Below, piece after piece: positions 48,811 through 57,745 of a DNA stretch of 64,000 nt. A program made the position numbers and the translations under genes. The DNA lies in contig CBDBLO010000002.1 in NCBI GenBank assembly GCA_965207075.1, forward strand, positions 1,792,001-1,856,000. The letters run 5' to 3'. The notes beneath the pieces were generated by a model, which saw only the letters and a program-made list of their open reading frames with translations, was not told the DNA's origin and made no database searches. This DNA comes from Nitrosopumilus sp. GTDB lineage: Archaea > Thermoproteota > Nitrososphaeria > Nitrososphaerales > Nitrosopumilaceae. Position 1 is the first letter of the stretch, and the number at the start of each line of letters is the position of its first letter.

Positions 48811-50361
48811 ATGGCATTGGCGACCGCAAGGGGCCCAAGAATCACGTTTTACGGGGGGATGAACGAGATAGGCGGCAACAAGTTCCTGCTCGAGGACAAG
48901 GGGACCAGGATATTCCTGGATTTTGGGATGCAGATGGGGCTGCACGGCAGATACTATGACATGATGATGGGCCCTAGGAAGGGCAATGCGCTGGCGGACC
49001 TGTTTGAGTTCGGGCTGCTCCCCCGGATAAAGGGCACATACAGGCAGGACTACACAGGGCACCTCGCAAAAGGGCCGGATCCAAAGGGGTGGTTCAAAAA
49101 GGACAGCAAGTCGGAGGACTCCGTACACGGCGTGCTGCTCACGCACGCCCACGTGGACCACTGCGAGTACATACACTACCTGAGGCCCGACATCCCGGTA
49201 TACTGCACGGAGGCCACCAAGATCATCATGCAGGCGCTTCAGGACACCGGGATGGGAGGCGGCCACTTTGTCACATACAAAGAAGAGTTCAAGACGTACA
49301 CCAATACAAAGGGCAGCACCAGCTGGGCCACGAGCAGCAAGAACAGGGAGGAGCGCGGCCGCAACATATCGCTTGTAAAGCCGTACAAAAAGTACAGGGT
49401 AGACTCCATCGAGTTCGAGCCCCTTCCGGTGGACCACTCGCTTCCAGGGGCGTGCGGGTTCATGATACACACGTCGGCAGGCTCGATCGCGTATACAGGG
49501 GATCTCAGGTTCCACGGCAGGCGCAAAAAGGAGACAGAAAAGTTCGTCGATGCGTGCGGCTCCGAAAAGCCGGACTATATGCTGTGCGAGGGGACGCGCG
49601 TGGGCGTCAGATCCTCTCCCACGGAGGAGAGCGTGGAGGAGGACGCGCTCGAGGTCATGCAGAATACAAAAAAGTTGTCGGTGGTGTCGTATCCGGTAAG
49701 GGATCTCGACAGGTTCCTGTCGCTGTACAACGCGGCGGTGAGGTCCGGCAGGTATATGCTGATCGACTTCAAGCAGGCATACCTGCTAAAGCGGTTCGAG
49801 TCCTCAAAGGAGAACAGGGGCGCGTACCCGCGCCTGGACGATCCGAACATCAAGATCTTCCTGCCCAGAATGAACAAGGGCCTGGCAGGGGCCAAGAAGG
49901 GGACGTGGGACGACAGCCTGATGATGGGGGACTATTCGGAGGGGTGGAAAAAGGAGATAATCAACGGCAAGGCGGAGCAGGCCACGTATTCAGACGTAAA
50001 GGCAGCGCAGAAGGGGTACGTCCTGTACTGCAACGACTACAACCTGCAGCAGCTGATCGACATACGCCCGGAGGGGGGCTCGTCGTACATACACTCGTCC
50101 ACGGAGCCGTTCAGCGACGAGATGGAGCTTGGCCACGACAGGATAAAGCGGTGGTTGCACCACTTTGGACTGATCAGGGACGAAGAGTCGTGGATTACGC
50201 TGCACGTCTCCGGGCACGGGACGGGGGATCAGATCAAGAGAGTGGCAAAGGAGTCCAATGCAAAGAACATAATTCCGATACACACGGAGCACAGCGACCG
50301 CTTTGCGCACTGGCACGACAGCGTGATAAACGGCGAGAATAACGGATGCATCGCGCTCTGA
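48811..50361 (+). CDS. MBL-fold metallo-hydrolase (beta-CASP/RNase J-like)
   Basis: GG.NEIGGN, LDFG, THAHVDH, VDHS, YTGDLR.HG, HVSGH, PIHTEH. Confidence 0.88.
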   Translation: MALATARGPRITFYGGMNEIGGNKFLLEDKGTRIFLDFGMQMGLHGRYYDMMMGPRKGNALADLFEFGLLPRIKGTYRQDYTGHLAKGPDPKGWFKKDSKSEDSVHGVLLTHAHVDHCEYIHYLRPDIPVYCTEATKIIMQALQDTGMGGGHFVTYKEEFKTYTNTKGSTSWATSSKNREERGRNISLVKPYKKYRVDSIEFEPLPVDHSLPGACGFMIHTSAGSIAYTGDLRFHGRRKKETEKFVDACGSEKPDYMLCEGTRVGVRSSPTEESVEEDALEVMQNTKKLSVVSYPVRDLDRFLSLYNAAVRSGRYMLIDFKQAYLLKRFESSKENRGAYPRLDDPNIKIFLPRMNKGLAGAKKGTWDDSLMMGDYSEGWKKEIINGKAEQATYSDVKAAQKGYVLYCNDYNLQQLIDIRPEGGSSYIHSSTEPFSDEMELGHDRIKRWLHHFGLIRDEESWITLHVSGHGTGDQIKRVAKESNAKNIIPIHTEHSDRFAHWHDSVINGENNGCIAL

Positions 50362-50369
50362 GTGTAGCG

Positions 50370-50395
50370 CCCCCCCCCCCCCCCCCCGGGGGGGG
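50370..50395. repeat. C18-G8 homopolymer tract between convergent genes
   Basis: C run 50370-50387 directly followed by G run 50388-50395. Confidence 0.85.
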
Positions 50396-50779
50396 TCAGC
50401 ATCCGCACGCGCGGCCGTCCGAACCCATGCCGTCACCGCCGCTGCTGCCGCCACACAGGTTCGGAATCTGCCGTCCGGCATCGGCAATGTCCGCGATCAG
50501 TCCCGCGAGGCGCGGGTTTGATATCCGGTACATCGCCTTCTTGCCGTCCTGCCTTGACGTCAGGATCCCGCACTCTTTGAGCCTCTTCAGGTGGTGCGAT
50601 ATCAGCGGCTGATCCCTCTGGAGGTGTGAGACAAAGTCACCCACGCACATCTCCTTCTCTTTTTGGAGCATCTCCAGCATGGCAAAGCGCGTCTCGTCGC
50701 ATATGCACCTCAGGAGCCACGTGCCGCTGTCGCCGTGGTTGCCCCCGCTGCCGCCTGCGTCCAAGTCGTCGTTATTCAT
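50396..50779 (-). CDS. arsR: ArsR/SmtB family transcriptional regulator
   Basis: DETRF.ML..L, EMCVGD, QPLISHHLKRLKECG winged HTH; divergent from arsC. Confidence 0.9.
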   Translation of the reverse strand: MNNDDLDAGGSGGNHGDSGTWLLRCICDETRFAMLEMLQKEKEMCVGDFVSHLQRDQPLISHHLKRLKECGILTSRQDGKKAMYRISNPRLAGLIADIADAGRQIPNLCGGSSGGDGMGSDGRACGC

Positions 50780-50813
50780 ATAAATTTAGATTTATATAAA
50801 CTATAATTTATAT
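50778..50813. promoter_or_regulatory. Divergent promoter with two overlapping ATATAAA-N6-TTTATAT inverted repeats (candidate ArsR operators)
   Basis: Copies at 50778-50797 and 50794-50813. Confidence 0.65.
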
Positions 50814-50820
50814 CAATGGC

Positions 50821-51234
50821 ATGACAGGACCCACCGCTGAAAAGGGCGTGCTCTTCGTGTGCGTGGAGAACTCCGCCCGCAGCCAGATGGCAGAGGGCTT
50901 TCTGAGGCAGATGGCGCCCCACATCAGGGTGCAGAGCGCAGGAACCAGGCCCGGCGCGCAGGTAATCCCCGAGGCAGTCAGGGCCATGCGGGAGGTCGGG
51001 ATCGACATCTCAGGGCAGGAACCGAAGGAAGTGACGCAGGAGATGCTTGCAGGGTCGGCTGTCATAAACATGGGGTGCATGGACAGGGAGGCGTGCCCGG
51101 CCCTGTTTGCAGAAGGCGTGGCAGACTGGAAGATCGACGACCCGAAGGGTGTGGACGCAGGGCAGGTCAGGGCCATACGGGACCAGATAAGGGACAGGGT
51201 CCGGGCGCTCGTAGGGGAAATGGACGGAGAGTAG
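50821..51234 (+). CDS. arsC: Arsenate reductase, LMW-PTP fold (thioredoxin-type)
   Basis: CVENSARSQMAE (CX5R), SAGT, C-X6-C pair, W..DDP. Confidence 0.9.
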   Translation: MTGPTAEKGVLFVCVENSARSQMAEGFLRQMAPHIRVQSAGTRPGAQVIPEAVRAMREVGIDISGQEPKEVTQEMLAGSAVINMGCMDREACPALFAEGVADWKIDDPKGVDAGQVRAIRDQIRDRVRALVGEMDGE

Positions 51235-51315
51235 GGGCAGGCGGGGCATGGCACGCGTACGCGCAGCGGCAGCGGCCCACGGCGGCGGGCGCCGCGAAAC
51301 TTCAGGGTGACCGCA

Positions 51316-52041
51316 ATGTCCGGATACACAGGCGCGCAGATATTTGCAGTGGAGCTGATAGGCACCTTTGTCCTCGTGGTACTTGCGACGGGCACCATGG
51401 TGTATGACGCCCAAGCGGAGGGGGTCTACGGGCTGTATATCGCGGCCGCGGGGCCCTTTGTTGCTCTGGTCATATGCGTGGGCCTGTTTGCAAGGGTGTC
51501 GCTTGCCCACTTCAACCCAGCCGTGACAATCGCGTATTATGTGACCGGACACACAAAGAGGGGCCAGCTGGCGTGGTACCTGTCGGCCGAGTTGGCCGGG
51601 GCCGTGCTCGGCTCCCTGTTTGTCATGGCGTTCATAGGGACGGATGCCGACCTTGGCGCAAACGCCCCGAACCGAGACCTGCCGGTTATCGTGACGTTTC
51701 CGGCCGAGGTGCTGGCGTCCGCCATGCTGATGGGCGTCATATTGTACGTGGTGTACACAAAGGGCCTGCGCGGGTTTGGCGGCGCGGCCATAGGGGGCAT
51801 CGTGGCGCTCGACATACTGCTCATGGGAAACGTGTCGGGCGCGTCCATGAACCCCGCAAGGGCGCTCGCCCCCGCCGTGCTCTCGGGCGCAGTCGCCGAC
51901 CTGTGGCTGTACTGGACCGCCCCCTTTGCAGGGACGGTGGCCGCGGCCGTGCTGGCAAGGCGCAGGTTCCGGGCGCAGGCAGTACGCGGCGGGGGCGGCG
52001 GTGACGACGACGGTGGTAGTGGTGGTGGTGACGCGCCCTGA
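51316..52041 (+). CDS. MIP family aquaporin, probable arsenite efflux channel
   Basis: AHFNPAVT and GASMNPAR NPA boxes; downstream of arsC. Confidence 0.92.
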   Translation: MSGYTGAQIFAVELIGTFVLVVLATGTMVYDAQAEGVYGLYIAAAGPFVALVICVGLFARVSLAHFNPAVTIAYYVTGHTKRGQLAWYLSAELAGAVLGSLFVMAFIGTDADLGANAPNRDLPVIVTFPAEVLASAMLMGVILYVVYTKGLRGFGGAAIGGIVALDILLMGNVSGASMNPARALAPAVLSGAVADLWLYWTAPFAGTVAAAVLARRRFRAQAVRGGGGGDDDGGSGGGDAP

Positions 52042-52131
52042 TGCGGGCGCACCGACGCCGCGCGCCGCGGTTTCCGCTCCGGCCCGCGGCATCCCTACTA
52101 GAAATTAATAGAGCGGCGCCTCACGCAACGC

Positions 52132-53430
52132 ATGGCAGAAAGATCGGCGGCCCTGTTTGAGAGGGCCAAAAAGGCCATGCCGTCTGGCGTGACCAGTCCG
52201 GTGCGCTACTTTGAGCCGTACCCGTTCTTTGTAGGAAGGGCCGACGGGAGCCACATGTGGGACGCCGACGGGAAAAAGATCACCGACATGTGCTGCGGGT
52301 ACGGGGCCCTCCTCCTGGGGCACCGCAGAAGGGAGATTGTAAGGGCCGTCGAGGCCCAGCTTGGGCGCGGAACCCTCTACTGCGCCCCCACGGACGCAGA
52401 GTCGGAGCTCGCAGAGATGATCATATCAAGATATCCGTCGGTGGAGATGGTCCGGCTCGTAAACACGGGGGGCGAGGCGACGATGACCGCGATACGCCTT
52501 GCAAGGGGCTACACGGGGCGCAGCAAGGTGCTAAAGTTCGAGGGCTGCTACCACGGGGCGCACGACTCCGTGCTGGTTGGGGCCGGCTCGGGCGCCGCCC
52601 ACTACGGGGTGCCTGCATCGGCAGGCGTGCCAAAGAGCGTGTCGAGGGACACCATAGTGACCGGGTACAACGACGCGGGGGCAGCAGAGCGCGTCATAGA
52701 GGGGCACGCCGACGAGATTGCGTGCGTTATAGTGGAGCCCGTAATGGCAAACATGGGGCTGATACCCCCAAAGCCGGGATTCCTAAGGAGGCTGCGCAAG
52801 GTTACAAGGGACAACGGCATACTGCTGGTGTTCGACGAGGTCGTGACAGGCTTCAGGGTCGCGCCCGGCGGGGCCCAGCAGCACTACAACGTGAGCCCCG
52901 ACATCACCACCATGGCAAAGGCCATGAGCAACGGGTTTGGAATCGCGGCCGTCGGGGGCAGAAGGAAGATAATGCAAAAGCTTGCGCCGTCGGGCCCCGT
53001 ATACCAGGCAAGCACCTTTGCAGGAAACCCGCTTGCAGTCAGCGCCGCCGTCGCGTCCTTGAGGGTCATGGGCAGGCTGGGAAGCGCCATGTACGCGAGG
53101 CTCGACAGGAACTCAAGGCACATAGCAGACGCGGTGGAGGATGCCGCGTCGTCGTGCGGCATACCGCACGTGACAAACCGCGTCGGGTCCATGATGCAGG
53201 TATTCTTTACGGCCCAGCGCAAGGTGGGCAGCAGCGCCGACGCGCTCAGGTGCAGCAGGGAGAAATTCCAGATACTGTGCAGGACGATGCTCAAAAAGGG
53301 GGTGTTCGTGGCCCCGTCCCAGTTTGAGGTCGCGTTCCTGTCATACGCCCACGACGGCAGGGACGTCGAGCGCGTTGCCGACGCGTACGGGGCGGGGCTC
53401 AGGGCGGTAAGGGACAATGGAAGAGACTGA
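52132..53430 (+). CDS. hemL: Glutamate-1-semialdehyde 2,1-aminomutase
   Basis: GV.SPVR, KFEGCYHG, FDEVVTGFR, TFAGNP, PSQFE. Confidence 0.97.
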   Translation: MAERSAALFERAKKAMPSGVTSPVRYFEPYPFFVGRADGSHMWDADGKKITDMCCGYGALLLGHRRREIVRAVEAQLGRGTLYCAPTDAESELAEMIISRYPSVEMVRLVNTGGEATMTAIRLARGYTGRSKVLKFEGCYHGAHDSVLVGAGSGAAHYGVPASAGVPKSVSRDTIVTGYNDAGAAERVIEGHADEIACVIVEPVMANMGLIPPKPGFLRRLRKVTRDNGILLVFDEVVTGFRVAPGGAQQHYNVSPDITTMAKAMSNGFGIAAVGGRRKIMQKLAPSGPVYQASTFAGNPLAVSAAVASLRVMGRLGSAMYARLDRNSRHIADAVEDAASSCGIPHVTNRVGSMMQVFFTAQRKVGSSADALRCSREKFQILCRTMLKKGVFVAPSQFEVAFLSYAHDGRDVERVADAYGAGLRAVRDNGRD

Positions 53431-54439
53431 CGCGGGCGCAAGCGCCAGCGGTGTGGGGGCGCCGGCAGGAGAACCGAGATACGTGGTGGCCGCGCGCGGC
53501 AGCCGCCTCTCGCTTGCCCAGGCAGGCGCGGTGGCAGGGCAGCTTGAGGAGGCGAACCCCGGCACGTCATATGAGATAACCACCGTAACCACAAGGGGCG
53601 ACACTGACGCGCGCCCGCTCTTTACCATAGACCAGAAAGGCATATTCGAAAAGGAGGTGGACAGGGCAGTCGCAGACGGGAGGGCGGACTTTGCGGTGCA
53701 CAGCATGAAGGACGTGCCGTCCGAGCTTCCCGACGGGCTCGTGCTGGCGTGCGTTCCGGAGCGCGAGAGGCCAGACGACGTACTGATAACAGCAGACGGC
53801 AGCACCCTCGAGGAGATGCGCCAGGGCGCCGTCATTGGGACAAGCAGCCTGAGGCGGGCAGTCCAGATCGCAAGGGCGCGCCCAGACGTGGTGGTCAAGC
53901 CCATCCGGGGAAACGTGGAGACGCGAATAGGAAAGATACGGGGCGGCGGCGGTGACAGTGCGGCCGCTGCAGTGGACGGGGTCGTCCTAGCGTACGCGGG
54001 GATTGCAAGGCTGAACCTTGACGCAAGGTACGCCGTACTGCCGCTAGACGGCTTCCTGCCCTCGCCGGGACAGGGCGCCCTTGCAGTCATATCGAGGGCG
54101 GAGGATACGGACACCGCGGCGATGCTCCGGGGCATAGAGCACGCAGGCTCCAGGGCAGAGGCCGACGCGGAGCGGGCCCTGTCAGACGCGGTGGGCTCGG
54201 GGTGCAGGTTTCCTGTAGGCGCCCTGGCCCGACACACAGGGGGCGGCATTGCAATCAGGGCCGACGCGTTCTCCATCGACGGCAGCGACTACATTACCGT
54301 GGACGTGGCGGCGGGGGGACGGGACCCCGATGCCGCCGCAGATGTCGGAAGACGGGCCGGCGCGGAGATGATGGCAAAGGGCGTCTCCAGACTTGGGTTA
54401 AAATGGAGGGAGGGGCTAGCAGAGTGGAACCGAGGGTGA
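53417..54439 (+). CDS. hemC: Hydroxymethylbilane synthase
   Basis: RGS.L.LAQ, AVHSMKDVP, GTSSLRR, RGNVETR, GQGAL, GC..PVG. Confidence 0.96.
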   Translation: MEETDAGASASGVGAPAGEPRYVVAARGSRLSLAQAGAVAGQLEEANPGTSYEITTVTTRGDTDARPLFTIDQKGIFEKEVDRAVADGRADFAVHSMKDVPSELPDGLVLACVPERERPDDVLITADGSTLEEMRQGAVIGTSSLRRAVQIARARPDVVVKPIRGNVETRIGKIRGGGGDSAAAAVDGVVLAYAGIARLNLDARYAVLPLDGFLPSPGQGALAVISRAEDTDTAAMLRGIEHAGSRAEADAERALSDAVGSGCRFPVGALARHTGGGIAIRADAFSIDGSDYITVDVAAGGRDPDAAADVGRRAGAEMMAKGVSRLGLKWREGLAEWNRG

Positions 54440-55206
54440 GAGGAAAGAAGGGCACGGGCACCGGCACCGTCTACCTGGTGGGGGCGGGCCCCGGCGACCC
54501 CAAGCTGATAACCATGCGCGCAGTCGAACTGCTGCAAAAGGCCGATGTCATACTGTACGACAGGCTCGTAAGCAGGAAGATCCTGAACATGGCGCCAAAG
54601 TCCGCAGAGAAAGAATACGTTGGCCGCGCAGTCGGCGACCCGACGACCCACCAGAACGACACGAACGAGGCGATGCTGAGGCACGCCAAGAGGAAGAGGC
54701 GCATAGTGCGGCTGAAGGGCGGCGACCCGGTGATGTTCGGGAGGGGCGGCGAGGAGGCCGAATTCCTCAGGCGCAACAACATAGGGTACGAGATTGTGCC
54801 GGGCGTCACGTCGGGCATCGGATCGGCCACGTACTCCGGCATACCGCTCACGCACAGAAAACACTCGTCTTCCGTGGCCTTTGTCACGGGCCACGAGGAT
54901 CCGGAGAAGAGAAGGGAGGCCGTAAAATGGAAGCGTCTGGCAAGGTCAGTCGACACCATAGTGGTGATGATGGGGCTCTCAAGAATCGGCACCATATGCG
55001 GCGAGCTGGTCGCAGGCGGAATGGATCCAAAGACGCCCGTGGCGGTGATACAGGACGGCACCACGCCAAAGCACAGGACCATAACAGGCAGCCTCTCCAA
55101 CATACAGTCAAAGGTAAAGAGGGCGGGGGTCAGGCCGCCGGCCAACATAATCATAGGAAGCGTAGTCGGGCTTGCAGGCGAGATAGGATGGAGAGAGGAC
55201 AGATGA
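54436..55206 (+). CDS. cobA: Uroporphyrinogen-III C-methyltransferase
   Basis: VYLVGAGPGDPKLIT, RLKGGDP..FGRGGEE, VPGVTS. Confidence 0.96.
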   Translation: MRGKKGTGTGTVYLVGAGPGDPKLITMRAVELLQKADVILYDRLVSRKILNMAPKSAEKEYVGRAVGDPTTHQNDTNEAMLRHAKRKRRIVRLKGGDPVMFGRGGEEAEFLRRNNIGYEIVPGVTSGIGSATYSGIPLTHRKHSSSVAFVTGHEDPEKRREAVKWKRLARSVDTIVVMMGLSRIGTICGELVAGGMDPKTPVAVIQDGTTPKHRTITGSLSNIQSKVKRAGVRPPANIIIGSVVGLAGEIGWREDR

Positions 55207-56114
55207 GCCAGGACGTCCAGGCCGAGGCGGGCGGCAGCGCGCCGACTCAGCAAAGGACCGTTGCAATAACACGCTCGCCGGATGACGCGGCCGAGTTTCT
55301 GGAGATGGCCCGCGGCAGGGGCATCAGGGCGCACGCCCTGCCCACCATACAGCTCGTCAGCAAGGGAGACAAGATAGTAAACGAGTTCCTTGGCACCGCA
55401 AGGGCGGAGTCGCCGGACTATGCCGTATTCATGAGCTCAAAGGCGGTAAGGCTGCTCTTTGATACCGCGCGCAAGCTGGACAAGGGTGGTGGTCCGCAGA
55501 CTGGAGAAGCGGAGGCCGCAGACGGCGGATCCGCCGCACAGCCGGGATCCACATACGAGAGGCTCAGGCTCGCAGTCGCAAACATGACAGTCGTCGCGGT
55601 GGGTCCGAAGACGCGCAGCGCGCTCGAGTCGGAGGGGATAAGGGTCAACGAGATGCCCCCAAAGACGTACTCGTCAGTCGGAGTGGGCGAGCTATTCACG
55701 GGACTGAACGCGGTAGGCCGCAAGGCCATAATACCGCGGAGCGGCGCATCGACGCCGTTTCTAAAGGAGCTGCTCGAGAAGATCGGGCTTGACGTGGTGG
55801 AGCTGCACCTGTACGACGTGTGCGCGTTCTCCGACACCGACACGTGGAACGGCTTCAGAACGGAGTTTGCAGGGGGCCGGATAGACGGAATCGTGTTTAC
55901 GAGCGCGTCGTCCGTGAGGGGGTTTGTGGAGATAATGTCAAAGGACTTTGGCGCGGACGCACTGACAGAGAAGCTGTCCCGCACGGCCGTGGTGGCAATA
56001 GGCCCGTTTACGGCAGACGAGCTCAAAAAGAAGGGCGTGACGCACAACGTCATATCAGAGGTGCACACCGTCCAGGGCGCGTTTGAGACCATGGCGCGCG
56101 AGATTGGCGCATAG
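55203..56114 (+). CDS. hemD: Uroporphyrinogen-III synthase
   Basis: VAITRS, AVGPKT, VFTSASSV, AIGPFTA; operon context. Confidence 0.92.
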   Translation: MSQDVQAEAGGSAPTQQRTVAITRSPDDAAEFLEMARGRGIRAHALPTIQLVSKGDKIVNEFLGTARAESPDYAVFMSSKAVRLLFDTARKLDKGGGPQTGEAEAADGGSAAQPGSTYERLRLAVANMTVVAVGPKTRSALESEGIRVNEMPPKTYSSVGVGELFTGLNAVGRKAIIPRSGASTPFLKELLEKIGLDVVELHLYDVCAFSDTDTWNGFRTEFAGGRIDGIVFTSASSVRGFVEIMSKDFGADALTEKLSRTAVVAIGPFTADELKKKGVTHNVISEVHTVQGAFETMAREIGA

Positions 56115-56240
56115 CGCCGCGCGTACGGGCCGCCGGCCGTCCTCACCCGGATGGGCATCGCGGCACGGCCGCCGCGCGAAAGGATGCCAGCCATGAGGCT
56201 GCAGACTCTTCTTATTATAGCGCGGGCCGCAACGAGCCTC

Positions 56241-56561
56241 ATGGAGTTCCACCCAAGGGACGTGCCCGTGCTCAAAACGTACGACGTAAAGGACGAGGGA
56301 GACGCGGCGGAGGCAGTAGAGGACATGGTGCGCCTCGGATTCAAGGGCAAGAAGGGGGGCTTCAGGGTGATAATGCCAAAGGCGAACTCCAAGCTGGCAA
56401 AGAGGATAGGCTATGCCGTGACGACCGGCGTGACGCACGGGCTGCGGCAGGCAAACGAGACGCGCGACATCAAATACTGGACGTACCACCACGACGAAGG
56501 CCATTACGCCATAGTGCTGATAGGCAGCGGGGCGCTTGAGGATCTGGGGTTTGGGGACTAG
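56241..56561 (+). CDS. Hypothetical protein
   Basis: Coding bias from the ATG at 56241; TTATTATA upstream. Confidence 0.8.
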   Translation: MEFHPRDVPVLKTYDVKDEGDAAEAVEDMVRLGFKGKKGGFRVIMPKANSKLAKRIGYAVTTGVTHGLRQANETRDIKYWTYHHDEGHYAIVLIGSGALEDLGFGD

Positions 56562-56602
56562 CGCATCGCGGCGGGGCCGGCGTCGGGGCCGCCGCGGCTG
56601 CC

Positions 56603-57274
56603 CTAGCCGCTGTTCTTTTCCTCAAACATGCGGTACAGCTTTGTCTTGTGCATCAGCACACCGGCAAGCATGGCACCCATTATGACGCCGCCCACGACGT
56701 CCATCACATAGTGCTGCATGACATAGACGCGGCTGACTGACATCAGCGCAGGATACAGCAGTATCAGGTACGCTCCGCGCGGGAAGCGGCCGGACAGGGC
56801 ATACCCCAGGACCGCGGCAAGCGCCATTGCCCGCGCCGCGTGCCCCGCGGGATACGACGCGGCAATGCTTCCCTCGCAGAACAGCGCAAAGGTGTCCCTG
56901 CTTATGCTGACCGGGAACGGGACGCCCTCAAACTCGTACTCCGGGCCGTTCCTGTCCACCCCGCACTTTACGTACCCCGCAAGCAGGGTGGAGATCACAA
57001 TCAGTATCATTAGGGTGATCCCGATGCGCCTCGTGCGCGGAATCAGCAGTATGGCAATCGCAAAGACCATCATGTTGAACACGTCGCCGGCCTCCGTGAC
57101 GTACTGCATTATCCCGTCGAGTGCGGGGTCACCTACAACGTGATACAGCGCGGACTGCACCGCCTCGTCGAGCGGCGCGGTCGCTCCGCCGTACACCATG
57201 AGCGAGACTGTCGCAAACAGGGCGGCAAGCAGTACGAATGGACGGGACCGCACCTCAAACATCCATTTACGCAT
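56603..57274 (-). CDS. PAP2 family membrane phosphatase
   Basis: K....R..P, SYPAGH, SRVY...HY..DV..G motifs. Confidence 0.9.
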   Translation of the reverse strand: MRKWMFEVRSRPFVLLAALFATVSLMVYGGATAPLDEAVQSALYHVVGDPALDGIMQYVTEAGDVFNMMVFAIAILLIPRTRRIGITLMILIVISTLLAGYVKCGVDRNGPEYEFEGVPFPVSISRDTFALFCEGSIAASYPAGHAARAMALAAVLGYALSGRFPRGAYLILLYPALMSVSRVYVMQHYVMDVVGGVIMGAMLAGVLMHKTKLYRMFEEKNSG

Positions 57275-57364
57275 TGCACCGGATGGTTCGAAACGGCTTA
57301 TGAATCGTATATTTTTGCACGCGCAACGGCGGCGGCGGCGGCAGTACGTACTTGCAAGATCATG

Positions 57365-57452
57365 TGGTGCGGGCGATGGGATTTGAACCCACGAACTCCT
57401 GAGAGACTAGCCCCTCAAGCTAGCGCCTTTGGCCAGGCTGGGCAACGCCCGC
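57365..57452 (-). tRNA. tRNA-Leu(GAG), CCA encoded
   Basis: GCGGGCG/CGCCCGC acceptor stem, CTAGC-TTGAGGG-GCTAG anticodon arm, long variable arm, GGTTCAAATCC. Confidence 0.95.
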
Positions 57453-57502
57453 AAGTGGAAGCCCTTGCATGGTTTTTATAATCCTTGGTCGGTTTCGGCC
57501 GT

Positions 57503-57745
57503 ATGCTTGTTCCCGTCAGGTGTTTTACGTGCGGGAGCCTGATTTCAGACAGGTTTTACGAATATCAGGAAAAGAGTCAGCAGTCGGCAGGAGTGAGTCC
57601 AGACAAGATACTAGACGAGCTCGGCATCGAGAGGTACTGTTGCAGGAGGATGCTGTTAACCACTGTGGAGACAATCCAGCAGATAATCCCGTTCTATGAG
57701 GCCATGCATAGGCGGAAGACAGAGATCCAGACAGAGATGGAGTAA
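57503..57745 (+). CDS. rpoN: DNA-directed RNA polymerase subunit N (Rpo10)
   Basis: MLVPVRCFTCG...RYCCRRMLL. Confidence 0.97.
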   Translation: MLVPVRCFTCGSLISDRFYEYQEKSQQSAGVSPDKILDELGIERYCCRRMLLTTVETIQQIIPFYEAMHRRKTEIQTEME

